A DNA stretch of 64,000 nt from a virus, in IMG/VR virus record IMGVR_UViG_3300032241_002679, positions 64,001-128,000 of that record; one strand, 5' to 3'. Below are positions 1 to 10,959 of the stretch, in pieces; the stretch's first letter is position 1, and every line of letters starts with the position of its first letter. The notes below the pieces were generated by a model. The model saw only the letters and a program-made list of their open reading frames with translations, was not told the DNA's origin and did no database searches. Both the position numbers and the translations under genes were made by a program.

Positions 1-972
1 AGTAAAAACATCGTTGATACCGTAATAAAATATTCAAATGAGTATAATATTAAATTAGGATTAATAGCCTCACGAAGACAAATCGAAAATACTGGTGGTT
101 ATGTAAATAATTGGACGACAAAAGATTTTTGTGAATATGTAAGAAATAAATCTAAAAATGTTATCTTAGTTAGAGATCACGCTGGGCCGAATCAGGGTGA
201 TATATTTGAAGATGGTATAGAATCTTTTAAAGAGGATTGTAAACCTAATATGTTTGATGTTATACATGTTGATGTATGGAAAAAATATAATGATTATGAA
301 GACGGGTTAAAAGCTACAATAGAATTTATAAATTTAGGATATAATATTAATCCAAATGTATGTTATGAAGTTGGAACTGAAGAAGCTATTAGGGCAACTA
401 CTCCAGAAGAATTAAATCAATTGTTAAGCGATTTAAAAAAAATATTAAATCATGATGTTTATTCTAAAATAAAATACGCTGTTATACAGTCTGGTACTGC
501 TTTAAGCGGTAATAAAAATACTGGTCAGTTCAATCAAAATAGATTAAAAAAAATGATTGATGTTGTTAACAATTATTCTTTAATATCTAAAGAACATAAT
601 GGTGATTATATAACTGATGAACTACTCAGATTAAAATTCAATAATGGATTAGATAGTATAAATATAGCACCAGAATTTGGTCAGATAGAGACTAAAATAA
701 TTCTTCAGGAAATAAAGGAAAATTTTACGGAATTATATGATGAATTTTATAATATATGTCTAGAATCAAAAAAATGGGTTAAATGGGTTGATAAAAATTT
801 TAATCCTAATAAAAATAAAGATGAACTAATCAACATATCTGGGCATTATGTTTTATCAAATCCAAAGTTCGTTGAATTAAAATGTAAATTATCTAAAAAT
901 ATAGATGATTTAATAAAATTGGAAATTGAAAAAAAAATACAAAATTTAATAAATTTAAGTAATAATGAATAA
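1..972 (+). CDS. GatZ/KbaZ-like (tagatose-bisphosphate aldolase-associated) TIM-barrel protein, 5'-truncated by the window
   Basis: Frame is open from base 1 (SKNIVDTV...LIASRRQIE..GGY...RDHAGP...IHVD); the track start at 250 is internal. Confidence 0.6.
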   Translation, partial: SKNIVDTVIKYSNEYNIKLGLIASRRQIENTGGYVNNWTTKDFCEYVRNKSKNVILVRDHAGPNQGDIFEDGIESFKEDCKPNMFDVIHVDVWKKYNDYEDGLKATIEFINLGYNINPNVCYEVGTEEAIRATTPEELNQLLSDLKKILNHDVYSKIKYAVIQSGTALSGNKNTGQFNQNRLKKMIDVVNNYSLISKEHNGDYITDELLRLKFNNGLDSINIAPEFGQIETKIILQEIKENFTELYDEFYNICLESKKWVKWVDKNFNPNKNKDELINISGHYVLSNPKFVELKCKLSKNIDDLIKLEIEKKIQNLINLSNNE

Positions 973-1753
973 TAGATGCGCCTTTGTTATATTTGCTCAT
1001 AATAATATACAGACTAACGATGATATAGATGACATGATAAAAAACATTAATTATTTTCATGATAATTGTGATTTTTATATAAATCATCCGACTCTAAATC
1101 ATGATAAAGTAAAAATAAGACATAGATTAGGTCCACTTAATTACTCTAGTTTTATTTTTGGTGCGTTTGAGGCATTATTAAAAAAATTAACAATTGAAGA
1201 GATAAATAGTTTCAATCATTTTTGTTTGGTATCAGCCAATCAATATTTTATCAATAAATTTAACTTTCAAAAAAATGTAAATTATTTACAATTTTTAAAT
1301 ACTGAAAATTGGGAGGAGACATATATTGGCAAAGATAGTAGTAAAAAAATTATAGGATTCCCACTTCAACAACCATACGGTAGATGGGACCCTAAAGATA
1401 TGTATAAAACTTTAAATATTGAATCCCCAATGTCCGCTAATTGGGAATGTGCGGTGTTAACAAATAATGCAATGTTATTGGCTAAAGAACATATTGATAA
1501 ATGTCTTGAAATTTATCCTAATCAAGACATGATTAATATCTTTCCACCATATATGGCTTTATTAAGCGGAGAACCATGGGAATTTCCTAAACATTTTGGT
1601 ACATATGATCCATCTAATAAAGCTAAAAATTGGATTATTACAATACCCCAAGTAAAACAAAAATATGAAGAAGGTTATTATAGTATAAAAAGAGTTAATT
1701 ATCAAAAAAACTGTCCAGTAAAAGAATTTATAAGAAAAACATATATGGTATGA
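965..1753 (+). CDS. hypothetical protein, possibly glycosyltransferase-like
   Basis: 262 aa ORF overlapping its neighbours in the sugar cluster. Confidence 0.4.
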   Translation: MNNRCAFVIFAHNNIQTNDDIDDMIKNINYFHDNCDFYINHPTLNHDKVKIRHRLGPLNYSSFIFGAFEALLKKLTIEEINSFNHFCLVSANQYFINKFNFQKNVNYLQFLNTENWEETYIGKDSSKKIIGFPLQQPYGRWDPKDMYKTLNIESPMSANWECAVLTNNAMLLAKEHIDKCLEIYPNQDMINIFPPYMALLSGEPWEFPKHFGTYDPSNKAKNWIITIPQVKQKYEEGYYSIKRVNYQKNCPVKEFIRKTYMV

Positions 1754-2070
1754 AAAAAGATAACTTAAAAAATTTTATTAACGGTTGGTTTATTGGTAAT
1801 TTTAATCCGTCATTATTATTAACAGATAATTTTGAAATTGCTGTTAAACGTTATAAAGCTGGAAATTCAGAAAAAAGCCACGTACATAAAATAGCAACTG
1901 AATATACGATAATAATAGATGGCGAAGTTGAAATGAATAAAAACAAATATTTAAAAGATGATATAATAATAATTGAGCCAAATAATTGGACGGATTTTTA
2001 TTGTTTAACAGACGTTACTACTTTAGTTATTAAAATACCATCAGTAAAGGAAGACAAATATTTTGATTAA
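1750..2070 (+). CDS. cupin-fold protein (possible sugar epimerase/isomerase)
   Basis: HxH..xE cupin motif (HVHKIATEY). Confidence 0.65.
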   Translation: MKKDNLKNFINGWFIGNFNPSLLLTDNFEIAVKRYKAGNSEKSHVHKIATEYTIIIDGEVEMNKNKYLKDDIIIIEPNNWTDFYCLTDVTTLVIKIPSVKEDKYFD

Positions 2071-2758
2071 AATATTTATGCATATAGCAACAATGGGCGA
2101 GTATCAAAAAATAGGCTCAGAATTACTCGAAAAAATTATAATATCCGATTTATTATTATTTTGTGATGAATTAAATATATGCATTGTTGGAGATGGTATT
2201 TTTGAAATACCATATCAATCTGATAAAATTAAAATTCATAAATTAGGTCAAATACATGAATTTGAATTTCCAACACTTCAATTTATTGAAAATGTTATTC
2301 AAGAAACAAAAGAAAATATTAAAATTTTTTATTTAAATGGATTAGGTGTTACTAATAACACTATTTACAAACAGAGTTGGAGAAAATATTTAAGTTATTT
2401 CAATATTATTAAATTTAATAAATGTGTTGAAGCATTAGATAATGGATATGATATTTGTGGTGTTGACTGGAGAACTCATCCAGTACCACATTATTCTGGT
2501 AATTTTTGGTGGGCTAATTCTGATTATTTAAAAACTCTTCCTAAAATAGAATCCCTAAATAAATCAAATTCACCAATTATATTGACTTTAAGGCATAATG
2601 CTGAAATGTATATTGGCATGAATTCTAATGTTAAACCTAGAATTTTACATCAAAGCACTGTATCTCAATACACTAGACATCTAAAAGAATATGATGAAAA
2701 AAATTATATAGATAAAATTTCAGAAGAGGATATTATTATAGATCTCATACCAGATTAA
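2063..2758 (+). CDS. putative glycosyltransferase-like protein
   Basis: HYSGNFWW motif recalled from viral sugar-cluster proteins; context. Confidence 0.5.
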   Translation: MIKIFMHIATMGEYQKIGSELLEKIIISDLLLFCDELNICIVGDGIFEIPYQSDKIKIHKLGQIHEFEFPTLQFIENVIQETKENIKIFYLNGLGVTNNTIYKQSWRKYLSYFNIIKFNKCVEALDNGYDICGVDWRTHPVPHYSGNFWWANSDYLKTLPKIESLNKSNSPIILTLRHNAEMYIGMNSNVKPRILHQSTVSQYTRHLKEYDEKNYIDKISEEDIIIDLIPD

Positions 2759-2813
2759 TAAAATAAGCTTGCCTTTATAAAAAAAATGCCTACATTATAA
2801 AAAATAAAATTAA

Positions 2814-4112
2814 ATGAATATTGAACAAATATTATCAAATTTAAAAGATTATATTAAAAACAATAAACCAAAATATTTGTATAATCAATCATTTATTGCA
2901 GGTAAAAGTCAAGTATTATACTCAGGGCCATATTGGGATGAAGCTGAAATAATTGCGGCCATAAATACTTTTATTACTGGTAAATGGGTAGTCGCTGGTG
3001 AAAATGTCCATAAATTTGAATCCACTTTTGCTAAAATGTTTTCTGTTAAGTTTGCTCACATGGTAAATTCTGGAAGTTCAGCTAATTTAATACTCATAGC
3101 TGGGCTTAAAAAATATTTTAATTGGGAAGATGATGATGAGGTAATTGTATCACCAGTAGGATTTCCAACCACTATTTCCACATTAGTACAGAATAATCTA
3201 AAACCAGTTTTTATAGATATAGAATATAATACACTTAATTTTGATATAACTAAAATAGAAGAAAAAATAACATCTAAGACTAAAGCAATTTTTGTATCAC
3301 CAGTATTAGGTAATCCACCAGACATGGATTTTTTAACTAGTTTATGCGAAAAATATAATATTAAATTAATTGGTGATAGTTGTGATAGTTTAGGTACTAA
3401 ATGGAATGGTAAACATTTAAGTAATTATTATGTTGCGTGGTCCTCATCTTTTTATCCAGCTCATCACATTTCAACTGGTGAGGGTGGTATGGTATGTACT
3501 GACATAAATGAACTAAATAAATTATTTATTAGTTTTTCATGGTGGGGTAGAGATTGTTATTGTGTCGGGTCATCAAATCTTTTATCCTGCGGTACTTGCG
3601 GTAATAGATTTGATAAATGGCTTGATTCATATGATGGAATTATTGATCATAAATATGTTTTTACAACTATGGGATATAACCTTAAGCCGATGGATTTACA
3701 AGGTTCTATAGGATTAGTTCAACTAACAAAATTTGATGAAATAGAAATAAAAAGAAAAAACAGTAAATGTAGAATTGAATCTATTTTACTAGAAAACGTA
3801 AATAATTTAAAAGGTGTCACAACACTTACTAATGCTGATGTTTGTTGGTTTGGTACCCCCTTTATTTGTGATAATAAAGAAATGAAAAATAAATTAGTAA
3901 CATTTTTAGAGGAAAATAAAATACAAACAAGAAATTATTTTGCGGGAAATATTCTCATGCATCCAGCTTATAGACATTTAGATGATTTAACAAAATATCC
4001 AAATGCTAATCAGGTATTAGATAATGTATTTTTTTTAGGAGCTGCGCCACATTATGATGAAGAAATTTTTAATTATATAGAAAATATTTTTAAAGAAAAA
4101 TGGATAAATTAA
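2814..4112 (+). CDS. rfbH: NDP-4-keto-6-deoxyhexose 3-dehydrase (RfbH/DdhC, E1-type; DegT/DnrJ family)
   Basis: NSGSSAN, SFYPAHHISTGEGG (His replaces the PLP Lys), GRDCYC...TCGNRF Fe-S cysteines. Confidence 0.88.
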   Translation: MNIEQILSNLKDYIKNNKPKYLYNQSFIAGKSQVLYSGPYWDEAEIIAAINTFITGKWVVAGENVHKFESTFAKMFSVKFAHMVNSGSSANLILIAGLKKYFNWEDDDEVIVSPVGFPTTISTLVQNNLKPVFIDIEYNTLNFDITKIEEKITSKTKAIFVSPVLGNPPDMDFLTSLCEKYNIKLIGDSCDSLGTKWNGKHLSNYYVAWSSSFYPAHHISTGEGGMVCTDINELNKLFISFSWWGRDCYCVGSSNLLSCGTCGNRFDKWLDSYDGIIDHKYVFTTMGYNLKPMDLQGSIGLVQLTKFDEIEIKRKNSKCRIESILLENVNNLKGVTTLTNADVCWFGTPFICDNKEMKNKLVTFLEENKIQTRNYFAGNILMHPAYRHLDDLTKYPNANQVLDNVFFLGAAPHYDEEIFNYIENIFKEKWIN

Positions 4113-4804
4113 AAGTATTAGTTTTAGGTGATGGATTATTAGGTGCTGAAATAGTAAAGCAGACTAATTGGGATTATATATCTAGAAAAAAAGATAATTT
4201 AGATATAAATAATATATATCAATACATTCCTAAAGATAATAGTTTAAATCCGATACATAATGTTATTATTAATTGCATAGCAAATACGGATACATATTCA
4301 AACGATAAACAAAATCATTGGGAAACAAATTATGTCTTTGTAAAAAAATTAATAGATTTTTGTAATAACTATAATATTAAATTAGTACACATTTCTAGTG
4401 ATTATCTTTATGCTGGTTCGATATCAAATGCATCAGAGAATGATATTCCAGTTCATTGTAATACTTGGTATGGCTATACCAAACTATTAAGTGATGGGTT
4501 AGTTCAATTAGAATCCAGTAATTATTTATTATGCAGATGTACACATAAACCATATCCTTTTCCATATGAAGGAGCTTGGATAAATCAAATTGGTAATTTT
4601 GATTATGTTAATGTTATAGCTGAGCTTATAATTAAAATGATACAAAAAAATTTATTTGGTTTATATAATGTGGGTACCGAAATTAAAACGATGTATGAAT
4701 TAGCATCTAAAACTAAATCAGTAGTGAAAACGTTTGCCCCGAGTCATGTGCCCAAAAATCAATCAATGGATATAAATAAGATGAAAGAAAATTTATTATT
4801 ATGA
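4100..4804 (+). CDS. RmlD-like NDP-4-keto-sugar reductase (SDR)
   Basis: GDGLLG, HISSDY, YGYTK motifs. Confidence 0.8.
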   Translation: MDKLKVLVLGDGLLGAEIVKQTNWDYISRKKDNLDINNIYQYIPKDNSLNPIHNVIINCIANTDTYSNDKQNHWETNYVFVKKLIDFCNNYNIKLVHISSDYLYAGSISNASENDIPVHCNTWYGYTKLLSDGLVQLESSNYLLCRCTHKPYPFPYEGAWINQIGNFDYVNVIAELIIKMIQKNLFGLYNVGTEIKTMYELASKTKSVVKTFAPSHVPKNQSMDINKMKENLLL

Positions 4805-5754
4805 TAAATATAAATTATTTTTCTAATTCTAGATTAGAAATCTATCCACTTATATTTCATTTTTTAAAAAAAATAAAGACTGAAAATAAGAAAAATATAA
4901 AATTAAATATATTAACTACACAAGATAAAATTGATTTTTTTGAAAAATATATTGATGAAGATTTAAATACTGTTATTCTTACGTTTAATAATGGGTTTAA
5001 TTATACGGAGAAATTAAAATATGTTTTAGAATTAGATTCTGAATACTCTATTAAATTAGATGAAGATTGTATAATTAATAATCATATTTGGGATTATATG
5101 ATTGAAAATTGTGGTATATTAAATGATGAAAATAATTTATTATTGAGCCCATTATTATCGACCACGCTTCCATCTTGTGATGAATTTATAAATGAATTTT
5201 TGTCTAATGAAGAAGGGGAAAAAATAAAAAAATATTTTTTATCTCAAGAAATGCCAAATGGTTTATTTAATGTTGACTATTCTCCACTCAATAAATATAC
5301 TATTTATGCTAAGGAATGGATACCTAATGATTATTATAAAGGTCTAAGTGAATTAAAAACTAATATTAAAGGTATGCATCCTATGAGAATATCTTATAAT
5401 GCTCAAACAAATATAAATGATTTTATTTTAGATAATTATCAAAAACTTTTAAATAAAAATCAATATAGTATTTTTGAAATAAATTCGCCATATTTTACCA
5501 ATAATTTATTTTTAATAAAAACAAATACATGGAAAAATATATTTAATTTATATGGCAGTATCTATGACGAAATTCCTATTTCAGATTTTAAAAATAAATA
5601 CAATAAAAGATTTATGTTTATTAAAAATGGGTTTGGCATACATACCATGTATAATACAATATATGGTAATAATAATAAATGGAATATAGGCGGTATGGAT
5701 TCAGAAGAAAAAGAATTAGCCTTTATATCTAATTTAAAAAAAATAATATTATGA
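4801..5754 (+). CDS. putative glycosyltransferase (GT-A like)
   Basis: IKLDEDC DxD motif; context. Confidence 0.5.
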   Translation: MININYFSNSRLEIYPLIFHFLKKIKTENKKNIKLNILTTQDKIDFFEKYIDEDLNTVILTFNNGFNYTEKLKYVLELDSEYSIKLDEDCIINNHIWDYMIENCGILNDENNLLLSPLLSTTLPSCDEFINEFLSNEEGEKIKKYFLSQEMPNGLFNVDYSPLNKYTIYAKEWIPNDYYKGLSELKTNIKGMHPMRISYNAQTNINDFILDNYQKLLNKNQYSIFEINSPYFTNNLFLIKTNTWKNIFNLYGSIYDEIPISDFKNKYNKRFMFIKNGFGIHTMYNTIYGNNNKWNIGGMDSEEKELAFISNLKKIIL

Positions 5755-6395
5755 TACATTGCATAGGGGATAGTCACGCTTCAGTATTTTGTGGTAAAGA
5801 AGAAATGCAACCAATATGGCCACAAATTTCCGATGATAAAACACCTTTTTTTAAGACTTATAGAATTGGAGCTGCTACAGCATATCAATTAGATAATAAA
5901 AAACCAATAATTAATGAAATAATTCGTCTTAAAGTAGATATTAAAAATGATTCTGTTTTATTTTGTTTTGGTGAGGTTGATATTAGGGCTCATCTTTTAA
6001 AACAAGTGGAATTACAAAAAAAATCAATATCTGAAATTGTTAAAGAATGTGTTGACAGATATTTTTCGACTTTATTATATTATAAAAATTTAAACATTGA
6101 TGTTATTGCTTGGGGGCCAATTGCTTCTTGGCATGAATCAAAAAAATATACAGGAGGTCCATCTTTTGGTACATGTTTAGAAAGAAATATAGTAACGGAA
6201 GAATTTAATAAATATTTAGAAGAATTATGCGTAAAAAATAATATTAAATTTGTCACAATATTTTATAAAATGATTGATGAAAATAAAATAACTAATCCAT
6301 ATTATTTAGATAATTGGGAAGGTTCACATATGCATTTAAGTCAAACAGCTATGCCATTAATATTAAACGCTTTTTCTGAAAAAAAATTTATATGA
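5751..6395 (+). CDS. SGNH/GDSL hydrolase-like protein
   Basis: IGDSH, FGEVD, C-terminal HL. Confidence 0.7.
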   Translation: MIHCIGDSHASVFCGKEEMQPIWPQISDDKTPFFKTYRIGAATAYQLDNKKPIINEIIRLKVDIKNDSVLFCFGEVDIRAHLLKQVELQKKSISEIVKECVDRYFSTLLYYKNLNIDVIAWGPIASWHESKKYTGGPSFGTCLERNIVTEEFNKYLEELCVKNNIKFVTIFYKMIDENKITNPYYLDNWEGSHMHLSQTAMPLILNAFSEKKFI

Positions 6396-6835
6396 TATTA
6401 ATAGCACATAGGGGGAATATAAATGGAAAATTTGAATCTTATGAAAACGAACCAACTTATATTGATAAAGCAATAAATGATGGATTTGAAGCTGAAATTG
6501 ATGTTTGGTATATAAATGGTATTTTATTTTTAGGTCATGATAAACCACAATATGGTGAAAACTTAAAGTGGTTTATAGATAGAATGACAAAACTTTGGAT
6601 ACATTGCAAAAATATTGAAGCTATTGAATTTTTCAACAAATTAGAGTACAAATTTAATTATTTTTGGCATGAAAATGATACTGTAACTCTTACATCTAGA
6701 GGTTATATTTGGGCATATCCTAATAAACAACCTATAATTAATAGTATTGCAGTAATGCCAGAAATTAATAATGAAAAAATAGATCACTGTGCTGGTATAT
6801 GTAGCGATGTAATTTCAAATTATAAAAAAATATGA
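6392..6835 (+). CDS. glycerophosphodiester phosphodiesterase-like protein
   Basis: IAHRGN...EN...EIDVW...HD. Confidence 0.75.
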   Translation: MILIAHRGNINGKFESYENEPTYIDKAINDGFEAEIDVWYINGILFLGHDKPQYGENLKWFIDRMTKLWIHCKNIEAIEFFNKLEYKFNYFWHENDTVTLTSRGYIWAYPNKQPIINSIAVMPEINNEKIDHCAGICSDVISNYKKI

Positions 6836-6895
6836 ATAAATTATTAGTAACTAAATGTGAATACCATTCTTACAAAATTTAAAATAATTTAAGTT

Positions 6896-7918
6896 ATGAA
6901 AAATAAAAAAGCATTAATAACTGGAATAAATGGTCAAGATGGTAGCTATCTTGCCGAATTATTACTCTCAAAAAATTATGAAGTATGGGGAACTATTAAA
7001 AGAAATTCTGTATCTGAAACACAGTCAACAAGAATTGAACACTTAAGATCTAAAAATTTAATAAAATTAGAATATGCTGACTTAACAGATATGTCATCAC
7101 TTGTTCGAATATTATCCCATATTCAACCAGATGAGGTTTATAATTTAGCAGCACAATCACATGTTAGAATTAGCTTTGATCAACCAATTTATACCGCAAA
7201 TGTTGTTGCCATAGGAACACTTAATTTATTAGAAGCAATTAGAATTGTTTCACCAAAATCAAAATTTTATCAAGCTAGTTCTTCTGAAATGTTTGGTAAT
7301 ACAATTGATGAAGACGGATATCAAAGAGAAACAACAAAAATGAATCCTGTTTCTCCATATGGTTGTTCTAAAGTTTTTTCGTATAATATTTGTAAAAATT
7401 ATCGTAATTCATATGGGATGAAAATATGGAATGGTATTTTATTTAATCATGAATCCCCAAGAAGAGGAACTAATTTTGTGACAAATAAAGTTGTCAAATC
7501 AGCCGTTAAAATAAAGTTAGGTTTACAAGATTTTTTATATCTTGGTAATTTAGATGCCACAAGAGATTGGGGACATGCAAAAGATTATGTCGAGGCCATG
7601 TGGATGATGTTACAAACTGATACACCAGATGACTATGTTTGCGCAACTGGAATATCACATTCAGTTAAAGACCTTTGTGAGTACACATTTTCAAAATTAG
7701 AAATGAATTATCAAGATTATGTTAAAATAGAGGAAAAACACTTAAGACCAGAGGAATTAAATGTTTTAAAGGGTGATGCAACTAAATTAAAAAAAAATGT
7801 AAATTGGAAACCAAAATATACATTTGAAACTATGTTAGACGAAATGATTAATTATTGGATTAATCATTATGAAAATAATAACATCTATAATATTAATGAA
7901 GTTAATACAATATTTTGA
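6896..7918 (+). CDS. gmd: GDP-mannose 4,6-dehydratase
   Basis: ITGINGQDGSYL, NLAAQSHV, SSSEMFG, YGCSK, NHESPRRG. Confidence 0.96.
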   Translation: MKNKKALITGINGQDGSYLAELLLSKNYEVWGTIKRNSVSETQSTRIEHLRSKNLIKLEYADLTDMSSLVRILSHIQPDEVYNLAAQSHVRISFDQPIYTANVVAIGTLNLLEAIRIVSPKSKFYQASSSEMFGNTIDEDGYQRETTKMNPVSPYGCSKVFSYNICKNYRNSYGMKIWNGILFNHESPRRGTNFVTNKVVKSAVKIKLGLQDFLYLGNLDATRDWGHAKDYVEAMWMMLQTDTPDDYVCATGISHSVKDLCEYTFSKLEMNYQDYVKIEEKHLRPEELNVLKGDATKLKKNVNWKPKYTFETMLDEMINYWINHYENNNIYNINEVNTIF

Positions 7919-7938
7919 TATTTATACAAAAAGACTGC

Positions 7939-8775
7939 ATGAATAAAAAGACAGGAGAAAGAAAAACAAGAACTAGAAAAACTAACGAATTATCAGCATC
8001 ATCAGAGACCCAAACAGAAATAAAGAACAAACCAGATATAAACGAAATCATTCACTTCTACGAGCCATTTAAATGTAAAAATAAGCCCCAAAAAGACCTT
8101 ATAAATCTAATCAATGAGAAAGATATTGTAATTGCTTCAGGCCCAGCAGGGGTTGGTAAATCGTATATAACGATAGCTAGAGCATTAGAGCTATTAAAAG
8201 CCACAAATACTCCATTTTCTAAAATAATTTTATCAAAACCAGCCGTAGAATCGGATGAACATCATGGTTTTTTACCAGGCAATATGAGAGAAAAAATGGA
8301 GCCATTTATTGCTTCTTCATTAGATATTTTTGACAAATTAATTGGAAGATCAAATAGACTTAGATTAGAAGAATTAGAATATCTAGAAATACAACCACTT
8401 GCTTATATAAGAGGTAAATCTATTGATAATACAATTTTAATAATGGAAGAAGCTCAGAATATGACACCAGTCCAAATGAAAAATTTATTAACTAGAATTG
8501 GTAACAATAGTAAATTTATTATTTCTGGAGATTTAGATCAATCCGATAGGTTTAAGAATGTTAAACATAGTGGTCTATATGACGCAATTCAAAAACATAG
8601 CAATATATCTGAGATTGGTTTTATAGAATTCGATGAATCTCAAATAGTAAGAAATCAAATAATTAGTAAAATATTAGCAAATTATAAAATACCAGAATAT
8701 AAGCCAGAATATAAACCAGAATATAAAAAAGAAAAAAAATCATTATTTAAAAAAATATTTAATTTTTTTAAATAA
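7939..8775 (+). CDS. phoH: PhoH-family ATPase
   Basis: GPAGVGKS, GFLPG, YIRGKS, EEAQN, GDLDQSD; ATG 7939 follows a TATTTAT motif. Confidence 0.93.
   Translation: MNKKTGERKTRTRKTNELSASSETQTEIKNKPDINEIIHFYEPFKCKNKPQKDLINLINEKDIVIASGPAGVGKSYITIARALELLKATNTPFSKIILSKPAVESDEHHGFLPGNMREKMEPFIASSLDIFDKLIGRSNRLRLEELEYLEIQPLAYIRGKSIDNTILIMEEAQNMTPVQMKNLLTRIGNNSKFIISGDLDQSDRFKNVKHSGLYDAIQKHSNISEIGFIEFDESQIVRNQIISKILANYKIPEYKPEYKPEYKKEKKSLFKKIFNFFK
8692..8727 (+). repeat. 12-bp tandem repeat x3 (PEYK) in the phoH 3' end
   Basis: ccagaatataag/ccagaatataaa/ccagaatataaa. Confidence 0.9.
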
Positions 8776-8813
8776 AAACTTGACTTATAGTATTATCTAA
8801 TTATTTTAGATAC

Positions 8814-9413
8814 ATGTTTATAAATGTATCAATAAATGAAGTATTACGAGATTTTATCTCTCAATTAACATATGTCTATGACAAATATATAGGACCGTCT
8901 AATATAAAGGAAGGCGATGTTACTAATTTTGAATTAATGAATTTTTTCAAATTTGATAGCAAATTTGAAATGAGTAAATTCATTTACATGGAAGCACCAT
9001 TAGAAATTTTTGGACACGCTGATTTAATGTCTGATAATCTAATGAATCATTTTAATTATTTCATAGAAGAAATGAAGGATGAGGAAATAAATGTTAAATT
9101 AGTTAGCAGAGAAGTAAATAAAAGTATACCATCTACCCTTTTCTTCCTATCTAAAACGGGTTGCAGGGCTCAAGATATTCACTTCGTTGATGACTCAAAA
9201 AAAGAATGGGATAACGCTGATATATTAATCACAGCAAACCCAGATGCATTAATTAATAAACCAAATGGTAAAATATCGGTTAAAATAAAAGCTAGCTATA
9301 ATAAAGATATAGCAGCTGATTTTGAATTGGATTCAATTTTAGATTTTATTAAAGACGAAAATCTTAGAACTAAAATTTTAACTACAAAAATAACAACATA
9401 CGAAGAAATTTAA
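8814..9413 (+). CDS. HAD/5'(3')-deoxyribonucleotidase-like protein, apparently degenerate
   Basis: N-terminal SINEVLRD resembles DxDGVLRD with the catalytic Asp residues lost. Confidence 0.5.
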   Translation: MFINVSINEVLRDFISQLTYVYDKYIGPSNIKEGDVTNFELMNFFKFDSKFEMSKFIYMEAPLEIFGHADLMSDNLMNHFNYFIEEMKDEEINVKLVSREVNKSIPSTLFFLSKTGCRAQDIHFVDDSKKEWDNADILITANPDALINKPNGKISVKIKASYNKDIAADFELDSILDFIKDENLRTKILTTKITTYEEI

Positions 9414-9416
9414 ATT

Positions 9417-9773
9417 ATGCTAGAATTTGGAGACTCAATCTATTATATAGATTTAAAAGCTTTTGACAACGTACTTACAATTAATAAGGGTAGTGATGGT
9501 AAAACAACAAGGGATCAAGAAATGAAAATAGTATATGATGGTGGCGGAAATATAGTGAGCACTGAAACATATGAAAGAATATCCCCACAGCATAAAGAAA
9601 TTGATGCGGCAAAATATGATTTACTTAAAACATTTATTGAATATATTATTGATTATGAAGATGAAAGTGATGATACACTTGGTGCTGAAAGAGCATTAAA
9701 TTCAACTCCATTAGGTTATAAAATAGTATTTAATACTCTATATAAAGAAGGTATTATAAAAGAAAAAAAATAA
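9417..9773 (+). CDS. hypothetical protein
   Basis: 118 aa ORF in operon. Confidence 0.7.
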   Translation: MLEFGDSIYYIDLKAFDNVLTINKGSDGKTTRDQEMKIVYDGGGNIVSTETYERISPQHKEIDAAKYDLLKTFIEYIIDYEDESDDTLGAERALNSTPLGYKIVFNTLYKEGIIKEKK

Positions 9774-9795
9774 TAATGTCTAAAAAAAAATTAAT

Positions 9796-10914
9796 ATGGA
9801 CGAAAAACAACAAAAATTAGAACAAATAAAACAAGTTATTGAAAAATTAAAAACAAAAGATTTTAATTTTTATTTTTTCACTTTAGATACAAAGGGAAAT
9901 CCAAGCGCTGGTATAGCTAATATTTATGAACATGTAAAACTTCTAAATGAATTTGGCTATAAAGCATATATTATGCATGAAAAAGCTGATTATAAACTTA
10001 GAGGTGATGAAAATGGTATGGGCATTGCTGATTGGCTTGGGGAAGAATATGCAAGCCTTCCACACATAGCAATCGAAGGACAAAATTTAAATATTAGTCC
10101 AGCTGATTTTATTGTAATACCAGAAATTTTTTCTACAATAATGGATCAAATTAAAACATTTCCATGTAGAAAAATTGTAATGTGTCAGAATTATGATTAT
10201 TTGTTGGAATTATTGCCAATTGGAAAAAGATGGGATATTGATTATGGATTTACACATGTAATAACAACGACTGAAAAACAATCTCAGTATGTTAGAAATT
10301 TATTCCCTACAGTTAGAACACATGTCGTTCCAGTATCCATACCACAATACTTTTCTCCTAACACAAAACCCAAAAAACCAATTATAGCAATCTTAAGTAG
10401 AAATCAGACTGATACTGTTAAAATTGCAAAATCGTTCTATCTCCAATATCCAATTTATAAATGGATTACATTTAAGGAATTAAGAGGACTATCACGTAAA
10501 ACATTTGCTGATGAACTAAAAGACTGTTGTCTAGCTGTCTGGGTAGATGATAGTTCTGGATTTGGAACATTTCCTCTTGAAGCTATGGAATGTAACACAC
10601 CAGTAATCGGTAAAATTCCTAATCTAATTCCAGATTGGATGGAGACAAAAGATGAACATGGTAATCCCGCAATTAAAAATAATGGAGTATGGACAAATAC
10701 TACATTAAATATTCCTGAGTTAATAGCAACGTATATGAAAATATTTTTTGAAGACGCTCTTCCCAATGATCTATTGGAAAGTATGAAAGAAAGTACTGGT
10801 CATTATACAGCAGAACAACAAAAAATTGTTGCAAGCAATGTCTATGATATTTTAGTTCAAGAAAGAATAGGGGAATTTAATAACATCCTAGCTAACGAAA
10901 GAGTGGAAGCTTAA
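9796..10914 (+). CDS. GT-B (GT4-like) glycosyltransferase
   Basis: GFGTFPLEAMECNTPVIG. Confidence 0.8.
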   Translation: MDEKQQKLEQIKQVIEKLKTKDFNFYFFTLDTKGNPSAGIANIYEHVKLLNEFGYKAYIMHEKADYKLRGDENGMGIADWLGEEYASLPHIAIEGQNLNISPADFIVIPEIFSTIMDQIKTFPCRKIVMCQNYDYLLELLPIGKRWDIDYGFTHVITTTEKQSQYVRNLFPTVRTHVVPVSIPQYFSPNTKPKKPIIAILSRNQTDTVKIAKSFYLQYPIYKWITFKELRGLSRKTFADELKDCCLAVWVDDSSGFGTFPLEAMECNTPVIGKIPNLIPDWMETKDEHGNPAIKNNGVWTNTTLNIPELIATYMKIFFEDALPNDLLESMKESTGHYTAEQQKIVASNVYDILVQERIGEFNNILANERVEA

Positions 10915-10959
10915 TATAACAATAAGATACTCAAATAGAAGTATAAAAAAAAATAAATT

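Noticed and set aside
929-937. A9 run near the end of the first ORF as a frameshift site
   Set aside because: The -1 frame stops quickly and the next gene has its own overlapping ATG.
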